From NCBI RefSeq assembly GCF_964188315.1, contig NC_135673.1, forward strand, positions 44,330,001 to 44,394,000: a stretch of 64,000 bases of DNA. The letters are read 5' to 3'. The notes under the pieces are model-generated. The model saw nothing but the letters and a program-made list of their open reading frames with translations. It was not told where the DNA came from and did not search any database. Both the position numbers and the translations under genes were made by a program. This document shows, piece by piece, positions 1-11,554 of the stretch; position 1 is the stretch's first letter, and every line of letters starts with the position of its first letter. Origin of the DNA: Podarcis muralis. Lineage: Eukaryota.

Positions 1-473
1 ACTGACTATATATATAGTCAGTTTGAGGAAAAAGATCCACCCTCAGTAAGCTTTGCAGAAAAACTCAATTCATCACCCTCAGGAAGACAAAGAGCTGAGT
101 CAACTTGGCTGTGATTCCAATAAAGGAGCTGATCGAATCATCAAAATTGTCAGCTTCCAATGTGCAATGGTAATGTAATAAAGTAGGGACTTCTATAACA
201 CTGTTGTCGGCTTGGAAACCTCAGAGCTTTATGAAAAGATACAGAAGCTATTTATAGGGATTCCTTGGTCTACAGATGGCACAGAGACACCTACAGGGAT
301 GAACTGTGGAAACTGTAGACATTATTCGTATCTTCCAACAGTCCTTGTGCTTGCTTCTCTTTCCTGCTTGATGGGAGAGGAGGTGCACCTTGGATCCTGA
401 TACTTCCTACATCAGGCAAGTCATAGAAAGGTGGGTTAAATGAATACTGAGAACAACTTTCATGACCTTAAAG

Positions 474-609
474 CAGTGTTTCCCAACCTTGGGCCTCCAG
501 CTGTTTTTGGACTAAAACTCCCATCATCCCTAGCTAGCAAGACCAGTGGTCAGGGATGATGGGAATTGTAGTTCAAAAACAGCTGGAGGCCCAAGGTTGG
601 GAAACACTG
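474..609. mobile_element. Young non-autonomous hAT-type MITE (fold-back element)
   Basis: About 58-bp inverted arms starting CAGTGTTTCCCAACCTTGGGCC and ending GGCCCAAGGTTGGGAAACACTG; perfect 8-bp TSD CCTTAAAG at 466-473 and 610-617 (8-bp TSDs are diagnostic of hAT). Confidence 0.92.
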
Positions 610-1204
610 CCTTAAAGAGACAGGCAATGCCTCCACCAACCATAATCCAGGTAGAGTGGACATGAATTAAGTTAGGACAATTGACATTCAATGGATGGGG
701 TCATGAGTTCCATAAGTCCATTTTACATTGCAGTTGCATGGGTCCATCTCAGTGCTTCTGCCTAGATTATGAAACAAACCCCATGAAATCCAGGTGACAC
801 CTTCCATCACTGATTTCAGCTGACAGTGTCCTCAGGCAGTTACCAAGTGCCCAGCACTGTTGATATCACTGCACTCCCTTTTCTCAGGCTCCGATTAACA
901 ATAGATGGACAATACTTCAATGTTCTGCAGTGTCCTATAGCAATACTTTGTTTCTCTGTTGCTTTGGTCCCAAGGCATGATCTGAAAGCACATGCTGCAG
1001 CCACATTGTTGAGGTTAAGCAGATCTTGGCCACAACAGTATCTGGATGGGTAGCAGAAGAAACAAAGGATATAGATGTAAGGAAAGAAACGAGTTCACAC
1101 AGTTACAATGACAGCCACCTGGTGCATCTCTAAGGGACGCTACACCACTGCTGCCATAATGTCAGAGAAGTTCCTTCACTGACACATAATGTCATTTTCA
1201 TCCT

Positions 1205-1515
1205 CTGCTAGACTCTGTCTTTCTCTCATATCTGGTAAAAATGGCCTTCGCTGTGCTTGAACCCAGATTATGGAATATGCCTTATGAAGTGTGCCTGGCA
1301 CTTCTTGTAACTGTTTTTGGAGACCTTTTATTACAATTATCCCAGCAGGCTTTTACTTTATGAGGTAAACAGCTGTTTTTTATGATTTTTAAAAAACTGC
1401 TCTTTTGCAATTGTTTCCCTATGTTTTAATGTAACTATAATTTGTAGACACTGTAAGATGCCCTGAACGGTGTAATTATTACACTACAGGGGTAGGATAC
1501 AAATGTGCTGATAAA
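1205..1515 (+). mobile_element. Degenerate L2-like LINE 3' remnant
   Basis: Weak similarity to the 3' ends of intact L2 copies in this window (ggccttc...tggaat...gccctgaac...ggggtaggatacaaat...ataaataata). Confidence 0.45.
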
Positions 1516-1917
1516 TAATATAATGAAGTATCACTAGCTTTTCCCTGAAGGGGATTTAGTCATTGACTTTTGCGTTTGTTTGTTTGTTTGTTTTTTGTTA
1601 TTGTTTTCCTCCCCTTTAAAAAATTATGGGTTGGCTGGCTGTTTCATTAGTTAGTGACCTCTTGACATTTTATAGTGAATAAATTGTATTTGTTTACTGG
1701 TGTTTTATTGCAAAGCACATTAAAGGAGCCTGCTCTTAAGGGTGGCATATAAGTAAATAAGCAAAAAATAAGTGGTGCAACATTACATAGGAGAGAATTT
1801 TCAGATTCAGAGCAGTATTCAAGGAACCCTGTTAGACTGTGAGATATGGAACAGGGATCTCTACTTTTCTTATTCATAATGAAATTCTTTAGGTTTATTT
1901 AAACAATTCCACTTGAG

Positions 1918-2048
1918 CAGGGCTGGGGGACCTGTTGCTCCCTGTAGGACATTGAACTGCATCTCCCATCATCCCTGATCATTGTCCACACTGGGGCTGA
2001 TGAGAGTTGGAGTCCAATGACTGAAGGGCCACACATTCCTTACCTCGG
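1918..2048. mobile_element. Degenerate hAT MITE, same superfamily as 474-609
   Basis: Shares the ctcccatcatccctga...tgatgagagttggagtc core and a cagggctggggga start; TIRs decayed. Confidence 0.5.
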
Positions 2049-2127
2049 CTCTTGAGGAAGAATCCTGAATATTGTTTCACATTACTGTCTTTGAAATTCT
2101 GGCTGGAATGTGGACAGCGGGATGTAG

Positions 2128-2272
2128 GGCAGGTGGGGGAGCACCTTCGGCCCTAAAGATGTTGCTGAACCACAACTCCCACCAGCTCCATCCAGCATGG
2201 CCAGTGGCCAAGGATGATAGGAGATGCATTTCAGCAACAGCTGAAGAGCCAAAGATTTCCCACACATGCTGT
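2128..2272. mobile_element. Degenerate hAT MITE
   Basis: Imperfect fold-back gatgttgctgaaccacaactccc...gcatttcagcaacagctgaagagcc, with the same layout as 474-609. Confidence 0.5.
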
Positions 2273-2608
2273 AGGGGAAAATATATGATTTTGCCCTCTG
2301 ACCATGCATTCAGAAATACATGAATTTTGCAAGTCCGTGCTTAATCCTGTGGGTTGGAAAAATGTACTGAATCCATGAAATATTTCATTATTATGTCATT
2401 GCCAGGATATGTACTATACATCATATCCTGCTGGACTTTGCACTATAAGCACTGCCAAGAGAGTTTTAAAATTGTCTTGTGGGCTAGCTACATATTATAT
2501 ATGAATGTGTGTAACGGAGCTCTGTTTTTTTGTTTTGCTTTAAATGAACAGGCTTCAGCAGGAAGGGATGTAGGATAAAGAATAATAAGATAGAAGGGAG
2601 ATGTTTAA

Positions 2609-2790
2609 GCTGCATCTTCTCTTTCCTCTGTAACTGTCACAAGGATCAACCAGATTCTTGACATCTTAAGTGACCTTTGAAGCATAGCAGTGTACTTTGT
2701 CTCAGTGCTACCTTGTCCTGCTTGCAATTCCTTGTTCTGTCCCCCCCCCCACTGTACACTTGAAACAATGAAAGAAAGGCAGAAAAGACA
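2609..2790. repeat. Local direct duplication, copy A (paired with 4499-4690)
   Basis: Core ctgtaactgtcacaaggatcaaccagattcttg...gcttgcaattccttgttctgt (about 115 bp) differs from copy B at only about 7 positions; flanks align more loosely. Confidence 0.9.
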
Positions 2791-2974
2791 GGAGCGTTAC
2801 TGAGCTGAGTTGAGGGCAGGAAGCCATCTCACCCAGAGGTGCCTTAGTACCTCTGGGGGGAACTCACTGCAACTCACATCCCTCGACTGGCCTCTTCAGA
2901 CATCCCACTATGGTGAAAACAAGTTCTGAGGTTCCCAGAAGTTTGGACTAGAACTCAAAGGGTTCACTGGAAAA

Positions 2975-3172
2975 GAACATAAGAAGCTGCCTTGTAAGAG
3001 TTAGGTCATTGGTCTAGCAGGCTCAATATTATCAACACTGACTGCATTGGCTCTCTGAGCTCTACATGGAAGGATCTCTCCCAGTCCCACCTGGAGATGC
3101 CAGTGATCAAAGCCGAGACATCTGCGTACAAAGCAGATGCTTTCCTGAGCTATGACCCTTCCCTGGAGCTTT
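2975..3172 (-). mobile_element. Old squamate tRNA-derived SINE (family ending ...ggcagcttcctatgttc)
   Basis: Reverse complement of the family tail (aagaacataagaagctgcctt) and body (cccacctggagatgccag); related copies at 7300, 26399, 49833 and 57385. Confidence 0.6.
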
Positions 3173-3884
3173 CTCCTTCATTGTTTGATTAGAATTCCAA
3201 TGCCAGTATTATTATTTCCATATGGACCTCCTGACCACTGACCAGACCTTTCACAAATTGGCCTAAAGCTTGTGTGCTTCTCATGTTCACGAACTTCCTC
3301 TTGCATTTCCTTTGTTTTGTTTTATCTCTTTAAAATATGATTCATTTTTATTTCTCTGAGTCATGAAGGCATTCTGAGTCATGAATGATCTGTTACAGCT
3401 TTATCTATAGTTGTGCTGAGAGGTGGCATCCAGCTGCCCAGCCCGTTCCCTGGTCTCAAAGAACATGTTGTGTGCCAACAGCCCCCAAAGGATGCTGCCA
3501 TCATGGACTGGGTATGTTCCAGCTGCTCAGCCCCAGTTCTGTGTCTCTGAGAATCCTGGAGAGATCTGTTTCCTGGGTGAAGTGAGATCCAACTGCTCAG
3601 CCCTGCTCCCTTGCTTCAAAGTGTTCTGATGGGAGCTTCTGCCTAGCATGACACTAGGAGAACAAGGACCAAAATACTGCCCAAACCATTGTCTTTTCAC
3701 CTGAGTACACACCATTCATGTACAGCACATTTAAATCACATTACTTCCTCCCAAAGAATCCTGGGAATTGTATTTTTTGAAGGGTGCTTTTTCTGTATGG
3801 AGGGGGACTACAGTTCCCAGGAATAAGCTAGGATTGGCAGGTGAGGTTGTGTTGGTGGTGCTGCCATTGGGGGCTGCTTGATTG

Positions 3885-4150
3885 GCACTGACCAATGACA
3901 GGGCCTTTTTAGTGGTTGTTTCACAGTTGTGGAATGCCCTCCCTAGTGAGGTGCACTTGTCTCCATCATTATTTTTTTTAATGTTTAGGGGGAACATTCC
4001 TGTTTAACCAGGCACTTGGTGGCTGAAGAATACTTTTCCTGGCAATCCCAAAATCACTGGATGAAAGAATGTTTTGACTGTTTAAAGAGGCTTTTAATGC
4101 TTTTAACTCAAATTGTTTTTAGAATGCTTTAACTGTTTTAGAATGTTTTA
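3885..4150 (+). mobile_element. Degenerate L2-like 3' remnant
   Basis: gacagggcctttttagtggttg...tgtggaatgccctccc matches the RAFSVVAP.LWNALP-encoding end of L2 ORF2 seen in the 27 kb copy. Confidence 0.55.
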
Positions 4151-4498
4151 CTTTTTTGTAAACAAGCAAGCAAGCATGCAAAAAGTGCTATAAATTCTTG
4201 ATATTTATGCAGTATTCATAGGGACACCTTCAGTTCTCCTACCAGATTTGAGTGTGGTTTTCTTTCAATAATATTTTGTACCCCTTTCAAAGCCTCTCAG
4301 GGCTATAAAGTGAGGTATGAGCATTCAAAATGAATGAATGAATGAATGAATAAGTTATATTGTGCATAGTGGCAGCATAGTGGCAGATTAACTATAGGAA
4401 CACAGTGGCAGATCATTAATTTCATGAATCAAAAATCCCAGGCAAAAGATTCAGGCTCTGATCTTCTTCTTCTTCTTTTGGATGCAACAGACAATTTT

Positions 4499-4690
4499 GC
4501 TGCCTTTTCTTTCCCCTGTAACTGTCACAAGGATCAACCAGATTCTTGGCATCTTAAGTGACCTTTGAAGTACAACAGTGTACTTTGTCTCAATGCTGAC
4601 TTGTCCTGCTTGCAATTCCTTGTTCTGTTTTTCTTTTCTTTTTTTCCACCGTACATTTGAAACACCCAAAGAAAGGAAAGGAAAAGGGGA
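4499..4690. repeat. Local direct duplication, copy B (paired with 2609-2790)
   Basis: Same core as copy A, 1.89 kb downstream and in the same orientation. Confidence 0.9.
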
Positions 4691-5097
4691 GAGGGGAGAA
4701 CACCATGCAAGCACCTTTATGGCAGAAGTGAGATTTCTTTTGCTGTCCCTAGCCATACACATCAGGTTTAAAACTGATGGATGGATTTGTCATTTAAAGT
4801 TAGTTAGAAGGATTACTCACGCACTGTCTCCTTTGATTAGCAGATATTATGATAACATGCAAGCAGAACGCTGGGGCATTCCTGAAGGCTAAAGTGATTC
4901 TATTTGAGGGACTGGCACACTTTTCTGTTGTTGTTTTATCAAAAAGCTGATCGGCATCACAGAAGAAAATGCTGTACTATAAGGAATGCATTGCTGTTGG
5001 TGCATACTTTTCTTTTCCTCGGCATCCCACTTTCCCTCCTGTTCTATTCTTTCACCCCAGATTATTACTGATGTTCAGGAATTCTGTCAGGGGCTGC

Positions 5098-5106
5098 CTT
5101 TTTATA
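5098..5106 (-). promoter_or_regulatory. Candidate TATA box (minus strand)
   Basis: Minus strand reads GGGA-TATAAAAAG-GCAGCCCC, a consensus TATA with GC-rich flanks inside a CpG-retaining, TE-free block (about 4950-5500). Motif only; no transcript evidence. Confidence 0.3.
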
Positions 5107-5617
5107 TCCCGTTCTGCAAGCGGAACACAAACAACATGACAGCTTTCAGGGCTACTTGTCACAGTGCTCATACTTTGCTCCGGGCGATGCCATATACAGA
5201 ATATTACATCTCACCTCCTATTTGCATCAACCGAACACTTTAACAATAATGCAAATCATATCAGGGAAGTGTTGATTTCACTCTCAGCACCGGAGAGAGC
5301 AGAATAAAATTATGTTCCCCTTTCGCCTACTCATCTGCACTTGGCTTCCCAGCACTGACGGCTACAGAGAATGGCTGCAGTCACACGGCTTTGCACCAGC
5401 TGAGAATCTGAACAAGTCACAATTTCTTTCTAAAAAGTACTGTGACATGATCTCCCCACCACCATCACCACTTGTGACTGCTCACATAGGCAGTCTGACA
5501 AGAGACTCTGTGTAGGAGGTAGGACTTCTAGCTAGGGCTGACTTCATCATTAGATAACTTGCCTTTTTGCCAGCTAGGGATTACTGAGGGGACCTAATCT
5601 TTGTGAATTCTGGTGTA

Positions 5618-5756
5618 ACAAGGGATGGGAAATCTGTGGCCCTCTAGATGTTGTTGGACATCAGCTTGCATCAGGCCTAGCTAGCATGACCAACAGTCAG
5701 AAATGCTGTGAGTTGTACACAATTTACATCTGGAGCCCCAAGGTGCCCCATCCCTG
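5618..5756. mobile_element. Degenerate hAT MITE
   Basis: Imperfect TIRs caagggatggg...ccccatccctg; interior tctagatgttgttggac...acatctggag, as in the other copies. Confidence 0.55.
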
Positions 5757-5978
5757 CTATAAAGACTCACCTAATTCTCAGGTTCTGGATTCATGTGTGG
5801 AGCAGACCTTATTTATGCCCTGGGTTCTGCCTTTATGATACAATTTTCATCTATAAATAAATAAATGCATGGTATTTTGTGAGGAAATGTTTCTAAAATT
5901 GACTCTTAGTGGGAGGTTTTTTTGAATGTGTATATGTGGGTGTAAACTCTAAACCACTTTAGGAGTCCTTTTCAGCTT

Positions 5979-5980
<2 letters not shown>

Positions 5981-6018
<38 letters not shown>
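5981..6018. repeat. (GT)19 microsatellite
   Basis: Direct reading. Confidence 0.98.
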
Positions 6019-6020
<2 letters not shown>

Positions 6021-7299
6021 TTAAACATATATAATGTATGTATTTAAACATGAATTTTCATCCAGGTACTGCAGTGACCTGCCCTGACAGAAGGAAGATT
6101 CCTCCTTCCCCACTCGTTCACACTTCCTAAAGAATTCCTTTCACCTTTAAGAGTGAATTGTGCTCCCAATTTTAATGGGAGGGGGAGAACATGTGTCACC
6201 TATATGAAGTTTGGAAAATGCTGAGTAAAGGTCACCAGGGGAATCAATGCTCTGGAGTTTGAAAAGATGGGCAGAAGCCCAGAAGGTGCTGCAGTAGGGT
6301 GCCGTTCATTAGCCCTCCTGCTCTCTCAGCATAGACACAATTTGTTAAGTTAGAGTCTGAATGAGTGAAGGTTTGTAAATAATGCATGCACAGCTTTGCC
6401 AGGGGCATGATAGCGAACAAGTGAACAACTAGGTAATTTCCCCTAGGCCAGCAGCTTCTTGTTGCAAGAATAATGTGCAATAGATAGATAAATAAATAAA
6501 TAGGTCACCAGGCAGATGCTGGTGCCCGATCACATCACTGCTTACACTTGGGCTGGGTATTGATTCTGGAGGATTTCCAGCCTGAATTAACTGAAAGTTC
6601 AATGGGATTTACTTCCAATAACAGTATGCTTAGGATCGCAGTTGTCATTGCCAATTACTGTCCTGTTCTGGTCACAAGGAGCGGCTCATGGAGCAAGACA
6701 GTAGCCACCTCGGCACCAAGGAAAGCTCCTATTGAACGATGTGTTCAAGCTACATCTGCAGCCGGACTGAATGCTTTGACATCCAGGAACCTCTCTTAGG
6801 TTTCTTCCTCTCCTAGAAGAGGAGATTGCCTTAAACGGGTACACCCTTGGCCTGGAGCCAAACACCCCATCATCTCTCAATGAGCTCATCCTGGGTCACC
6901 TGTCTGAAGTGATGCATTGGCTCTGTGGAGTATAAGTCATTCGAGGAAAGTCTAATCTCCTTGTGCAAAACCCTTGATGTCTTCTGTCTCTAATTCATGA
7001 GTCATTGTCATCTTGGTCCCAGGGGTCTGCAGCTCAGTGGGGAGGTCTGGGGCCTCTTCTGTTGATGCCATTGGTCCCTTAGTCTCTAAATATGTCTTTG
7101 GGTCATTGCTGACCTCCAGGGTCATGACAGTAACAGAGTTCTGTTCCCACCCCAACACAATTTCAAATCACATTAATCAAGCACCAGTTATTTTATTTAT
7201 GCACATTGTCTTGCCCTTTGTCCCCAAGGACCTCCTGATAAATTCCCAAGCAACTCCAACATTCCATGGCACAGCTTGGAAAATGCTGCATTATTGGGG

Positions 7300-7468
7300 C
7301 TTAGTGGTTGATCTTTGGATGCACAATGTCCCAGGCTCAATGCCTGGCATCTCCAGGTGGGGTTGGAAGAGACTGCTGCCTCCAGTCCCAGAGAGCCACT
7401 GACAGTACAGGCAACACTAGGCAAGCAAAAGGTCTGAATCAGGATAAGGCAGCTTCCAATGTTCCTAT
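7300..7468 (+). mobile_element. Old squamate tRNA-derived SINE
   Basis: B-box-like gtcccaggctcaatgcctggcatctccagg and tail ataaggcagcttccaatgttcct. Confidence 0.6.
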
Positions 7469-8384
7469 CTGAATCTGCTTCCAGTGTATGCAAGTTCTTG
7501 TAAACATAAAAGATAAAAGGGACTATCCAGTATCCTGTTCTTCCTCAGGGTACCAGGCCTTGTGCTGGTGCAGCTTGTGATCTGAAGCTGATTCAGCTGC
7601 TGGGAAAGTGATTTGGGGAAAGGTGAGCTAATCTTATGCATCTGAAGGAGCCCCTGGGAAATCTCATCTCTCAGAACAACAAATTATAAGCATCCCTGTG
7701 GCTTCTTTAACTTCTGCCATAAGGAAATCTTCATTCCCCCCCCTCTGTCTCTGGAAACTGAGGAACTGTAATGATGGCTTCAAGCTACATTTGCCTCTTC
7801 TTTGCTGTTCTTACAGATTTATTTTAATAAATAAGAGCCCTGCTGGATCAGACTAAACACCCATCTTGGCTGCATTCACATGACACTTTATTAAATTTTG
7901 CTCACATTTCCTTGCTAATTCCCACATTGTATTTCAGCTTTCAGACAACATGAAAGCCACTTCTGGAAAATTAATGAAATGTAGGACATGTTTAGTGCTC
8001 AGTTCTACGCTATTTGATTCTTCCAAAAAATCTGTTTGCATCCCCCTTAACCCAGAAAATCATGGGAGTAAAAGTGGCCAAATTTGGAGTGGTTTACTGG
8101 CATATGCTTCTTTCCTGATATTTTCCTGGGTGAATGATAGAACAGCAGAAGTGCACATGTGTGGAAAAGGTAGAGGATTAACAACGTTGCTTGATGACAT
8201 TTGCTGTTGTGTCCACTGGTGTGAATGACATTTAGTACAACATGCTGCTATATCAGTCAAAAAGCCACCATTCCATAATGTAACAGGTACTGTAGTGTGA
8301 AAGCAATGTTAGAAAATAGGACAGAAACACTAGCATTATAACCATAAAAACTAACTCAACATTCCACACATCTGAATGCACAGT

Positions 8385-8745
8385 TAATCCATCATCTTGT
8401 TTCCCACAGTGGCCAATCAGATACCTCTAGAATGCTGTTCTTCCTGATAGTGAGGGGCATGCCGATTCTGAGAACAGAGGTCCTGAATGGCTCCTGAATG
8501 TATGACATTCATTGCCATACCCTCCATGAATGTGTTTCATCTAATCATTTTCAAAAGTCATTTAAACTGATGGCCGCCACATATTGTAACATCAGGTTCC
8601 ATAGTTTAGCAATGCACTGAGAGAAGAATTATTGCCCTTTGTCTGTTCGAAATCTGCCACAATTCACTGGGTGACTCCAAGCTCTAGTATTCTGAGAGAG
8701 GAAGAAAAGCTTACATTTATCTACTTTTTTCATCCCATGCATTAT
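8385..8745 (-). mobile_element. Degenerate CR1 LINE 3' region
   Basis: Reverse complement resembles the CR1 3' ends at 17885, 28330 and 60145 (cttgtttcccacagtggccaatcagatacctct) plus upstream ORF2-end-like sequence. Confidence 0.55.
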
Positions 8746-9737
8746 TTTATTGAAAAACCTAACCTACCCTGTTAGAGGCAATACACCTCTGAATACCACT
8801 TGATAGGAATAAACGGTGGGAAGAGAGCTGTTGCACTCAGGTCTTGCTTGCGGGCTTTGCATGGACAGCTGGTCAGACACTGTAAGAATAGAAAGCAACA
8901 TCTGGAGGACACCACATTGACTACCTCTGCATTAGATCAATTTGCTAAATGGTCTTCTGTAATCATCCCTACAATCCATATTCCCCTTTTTTTCCTATAG
9001 TGAGTATTGCCATACTTCATAGTGGGTTGGCTGGGACCGAAGCTCTTTGAACTAAGAAACCACCCAAGAAAGCCATAAACTGCAATTCTGTAGTACTAAT
9101 AATATATGTCTTTAAAATATTATCTAGCACTATATGATTTTCATAGTGATTTATATTGCCTTGTTCCTCCAATGGAAGTCCATCTTCTTGAAGAGTTGCT
9201 TCAAATCTTTTGTTCCTCCTAAGCACAAATATCAACCAAACCAAATGAGTCACCACCCACACAAAACTCTTCTCCAATACCACAATTCATACAGAATATC
9301 CATAGTTGTAAATCACCTGCCTTGTTCCCTTAGAAAATACATATATTCAAAGGAGGTTGTGTGTGCAGAATAGGAAAGAGGATTTCTTCATAATATCCCC
9401 AAACAACTTTATCCATTTGTGCTTACATTTAACAACCTATTTATCTACCATGGGAGTCTTGCCCAAGCAAGCCATTTCTAAATGTAGAATCCTGTTCATT
9501 TAATTGCATCCTTGCTGTACTTGTTACTTTTATCTCTCATTGAGAGCAAAACTCTATTTACTCTTTAACCTCTTCTCAAAGGCCTCTAAGCATGCAGAAT
9601 ATATAATGTGATTTAAACAAAAAGTAATGTTGTATGATGGCAGAGAGATGTGTAGAAACAGTGGTGATGGGGGGGGGGGGTCAGCCCAATACATTTTGCT
9701 GAGGTAAAGGTCAAGATCCAACTCTTCCCTGTTCCAC

Positions 9738-9910
9738 CAGGGTGCCAATTTGAATAAAATATTGGGGGGGGGCTGCATAATCAGTCACATGAAACAGTGC
9801 ACACACCCCATTTGAATAGCAACACCTATGAACTCTGCCCCCCTTGCCCCCCCCCAAATATTTTATTGGGGGCATGAAGGGACCTCGGCCCCTAGAAGTT
9901 GGCTTTGATG
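9738..9910. mobile_element. Degenerate hAT-like non-autonomous element
   Basis: Begins cagggtgccaa; internal inverted pair aataaaatattgggggggg / ccccccaaatattttatt; ends near agttggc. Confidence 0.45.
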
Positions 9911-10053
9911 CCCTCCACATTCTATTTACAGAATCTGACCTGACTGCTATTGAGTCTTGCATCAACACTGGTGATGGGACATCGTTTTCCACTGTACCTA
10001 AGGCTAGCTTGGAGATGGAAAGCAGGTTAGCCCACACCTGCCTGCCTTATTAC

Positions 10054-10207
10054 CTGTCCAGAGGCTGGCACTGACAGATTGCTTCCTCCTCGTCGGCCTC
10101 AGTGCTGCCCTTGTGGAACTCAGCAGGGAAGAAGATGGGGCCAAACCTGGCTTTGCAATGCTGCGCAATACTGCCTAACTGTTTCTTTCTCTCTGATTCC
10201 ATGAACT
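10054..10207 (-). CDS. Candidate coding exon of an unidentified protein: (x)FMESERKKQLGSIAQHCKARFGPIFFPAEFHKGSTEADEEEAICQCQPLD(R)
   Basis: Open frame with strongly vertebrate-like codons (TTC TTC CCT GCT GAG TTC CAC AAG GGC ... GCC GAC GAG GAG); acceptor ccactag| and donor AG|gtaata. Read-through gives R then TAA, so it could be a terminal exon. No homolog recognised. Confidence 0.45.
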
Positions 10208-11554
10208 CTAGTGGTTATATAATGGGAAGCAATATTGTGTGGAAATCCGGGTGAATGACTGATAGGGTAGTAGTAGTGGTGGTGGTGGTGGTGTGGGTGG
10301 GTGTGACCTTCTCAAGAGAAGTCTCCAGTTCATTTAAACCACCGCTGTTTTTGTGTGTGAACATATCTAGATACCTAATGCTGTGGATAGATGTTTGTCA
10401 CAATTTGGAAGGAGGGAGGGACAAAAGAGTGGGGTTTCAGCTGTGAGAGAAAAGGCTGCATGAACTAATAAATAACCAGCAAAGTAAGATAGGAGTACAC
10501 CTGGATGTTTCCCACCCAAAGCCTCTACTGAAATGGACAAGGGCGTTTCTAGGGCCTCTATTCCAAGGGTAGTCCACAGGGGTTCCTGATAGATTTGAGA
10601 CTCAAGCTCCCATCAGCCCCAGCCAGCCTGGACACTGGTCAACTGAGCAACTTCTGGAGGACACACAGTGTATATTCTGGCTCTGTACATTAGCGTAGAA
10701 CCTCCTGAGATGATTAATGCTCTCATCAGTTTTTCAATTCCAATTGAAATTCCACTTCCTGCTTCCCAGAAGTTGCAGCAGTCCTCCTTGGATGGCAGCT
10801 ATATCATCTCTCATCCCCTTTCTGCCTCTCCAACAGCCTTCCCAGTTAACCATTTGTTTTTGAGAAAGTTTTCCATTTCTGGAAAAATACTTTGTCCTAA
10901 TCTTTCCTGGGTATTTTACAAGGGCACTCCACTGCCAAGGCTACACTACCCAAGTTACTCACGCATTAATCAAATACGCATTAATGAAATATGCTAGTTT
11001 CTGGACTACTCTACCAGACTGACAGCAGCTGTGCTCCAACAGAATAGTGCCAAAGCTGCAGTGGGAATTGGTTCCCTTCTCATATTTGAACTAAATTCCC
11101 TGTACTTGTTCATGTTGTAGAAGAGCTTACCCCCTGAACACAGAGCAATAGTTTGCAGATATGTATAGACACATGTTCTGAGCAAGTAAAAGATGCATGA
11201 GAATATTTTTCATTCTATGAAATAATAGAATCAAGACACTTTTACAAGGGGTTGGAATCTGTCAAACCACAGCCTAGCATAAAAATAGGACAATGTGTTC
11301 CTCGGGTTTGGGTTTTTTTCTGTAGAAGTGGAAGCAAGTTAGAAAATTTTGATGTTTGTGATTTTCCTCCAGGTATAAACAAATTTTAAAAATAAACAAA
11401 ACGTCTTTTAAATTATACATTGCACTGCTCCCAGAAACAAAATACTTTATTTTTCAAACAGGAATAACAGGTGGAAAGGAGGACCTGTGTAGCAGGTTGA
11501 GCTGTCACTCAGAAAGAGGAGCTCAAGGCCAAATATTCTGCTCTCCACACATTA

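Noticed and set aside
1-22. Perfect 22-bp palindrome ACTGACTATATATATAGTCAGT
   Set aside because: Mostly a (TA)n centre at the window edge; cannot be interpreted without upstream sequence.
9017-9221. RNKRFEATLQEDGLPLEEQG... as the next exon after 10054
   Set aside because: It is in frame, but there is no canonical donor and the frame drifts into AT-rich non-coding-like sequence; support is too weak.
10054-10207. Assignment of the exon to CABP1/2-type N-termini or to an RFamide precursor
   Set aside because: Only loose resemblance. The CABP GPACIFLR core and downstream EF-hand exons are absent, and RFG is followed by P, not a basic cleavage site.
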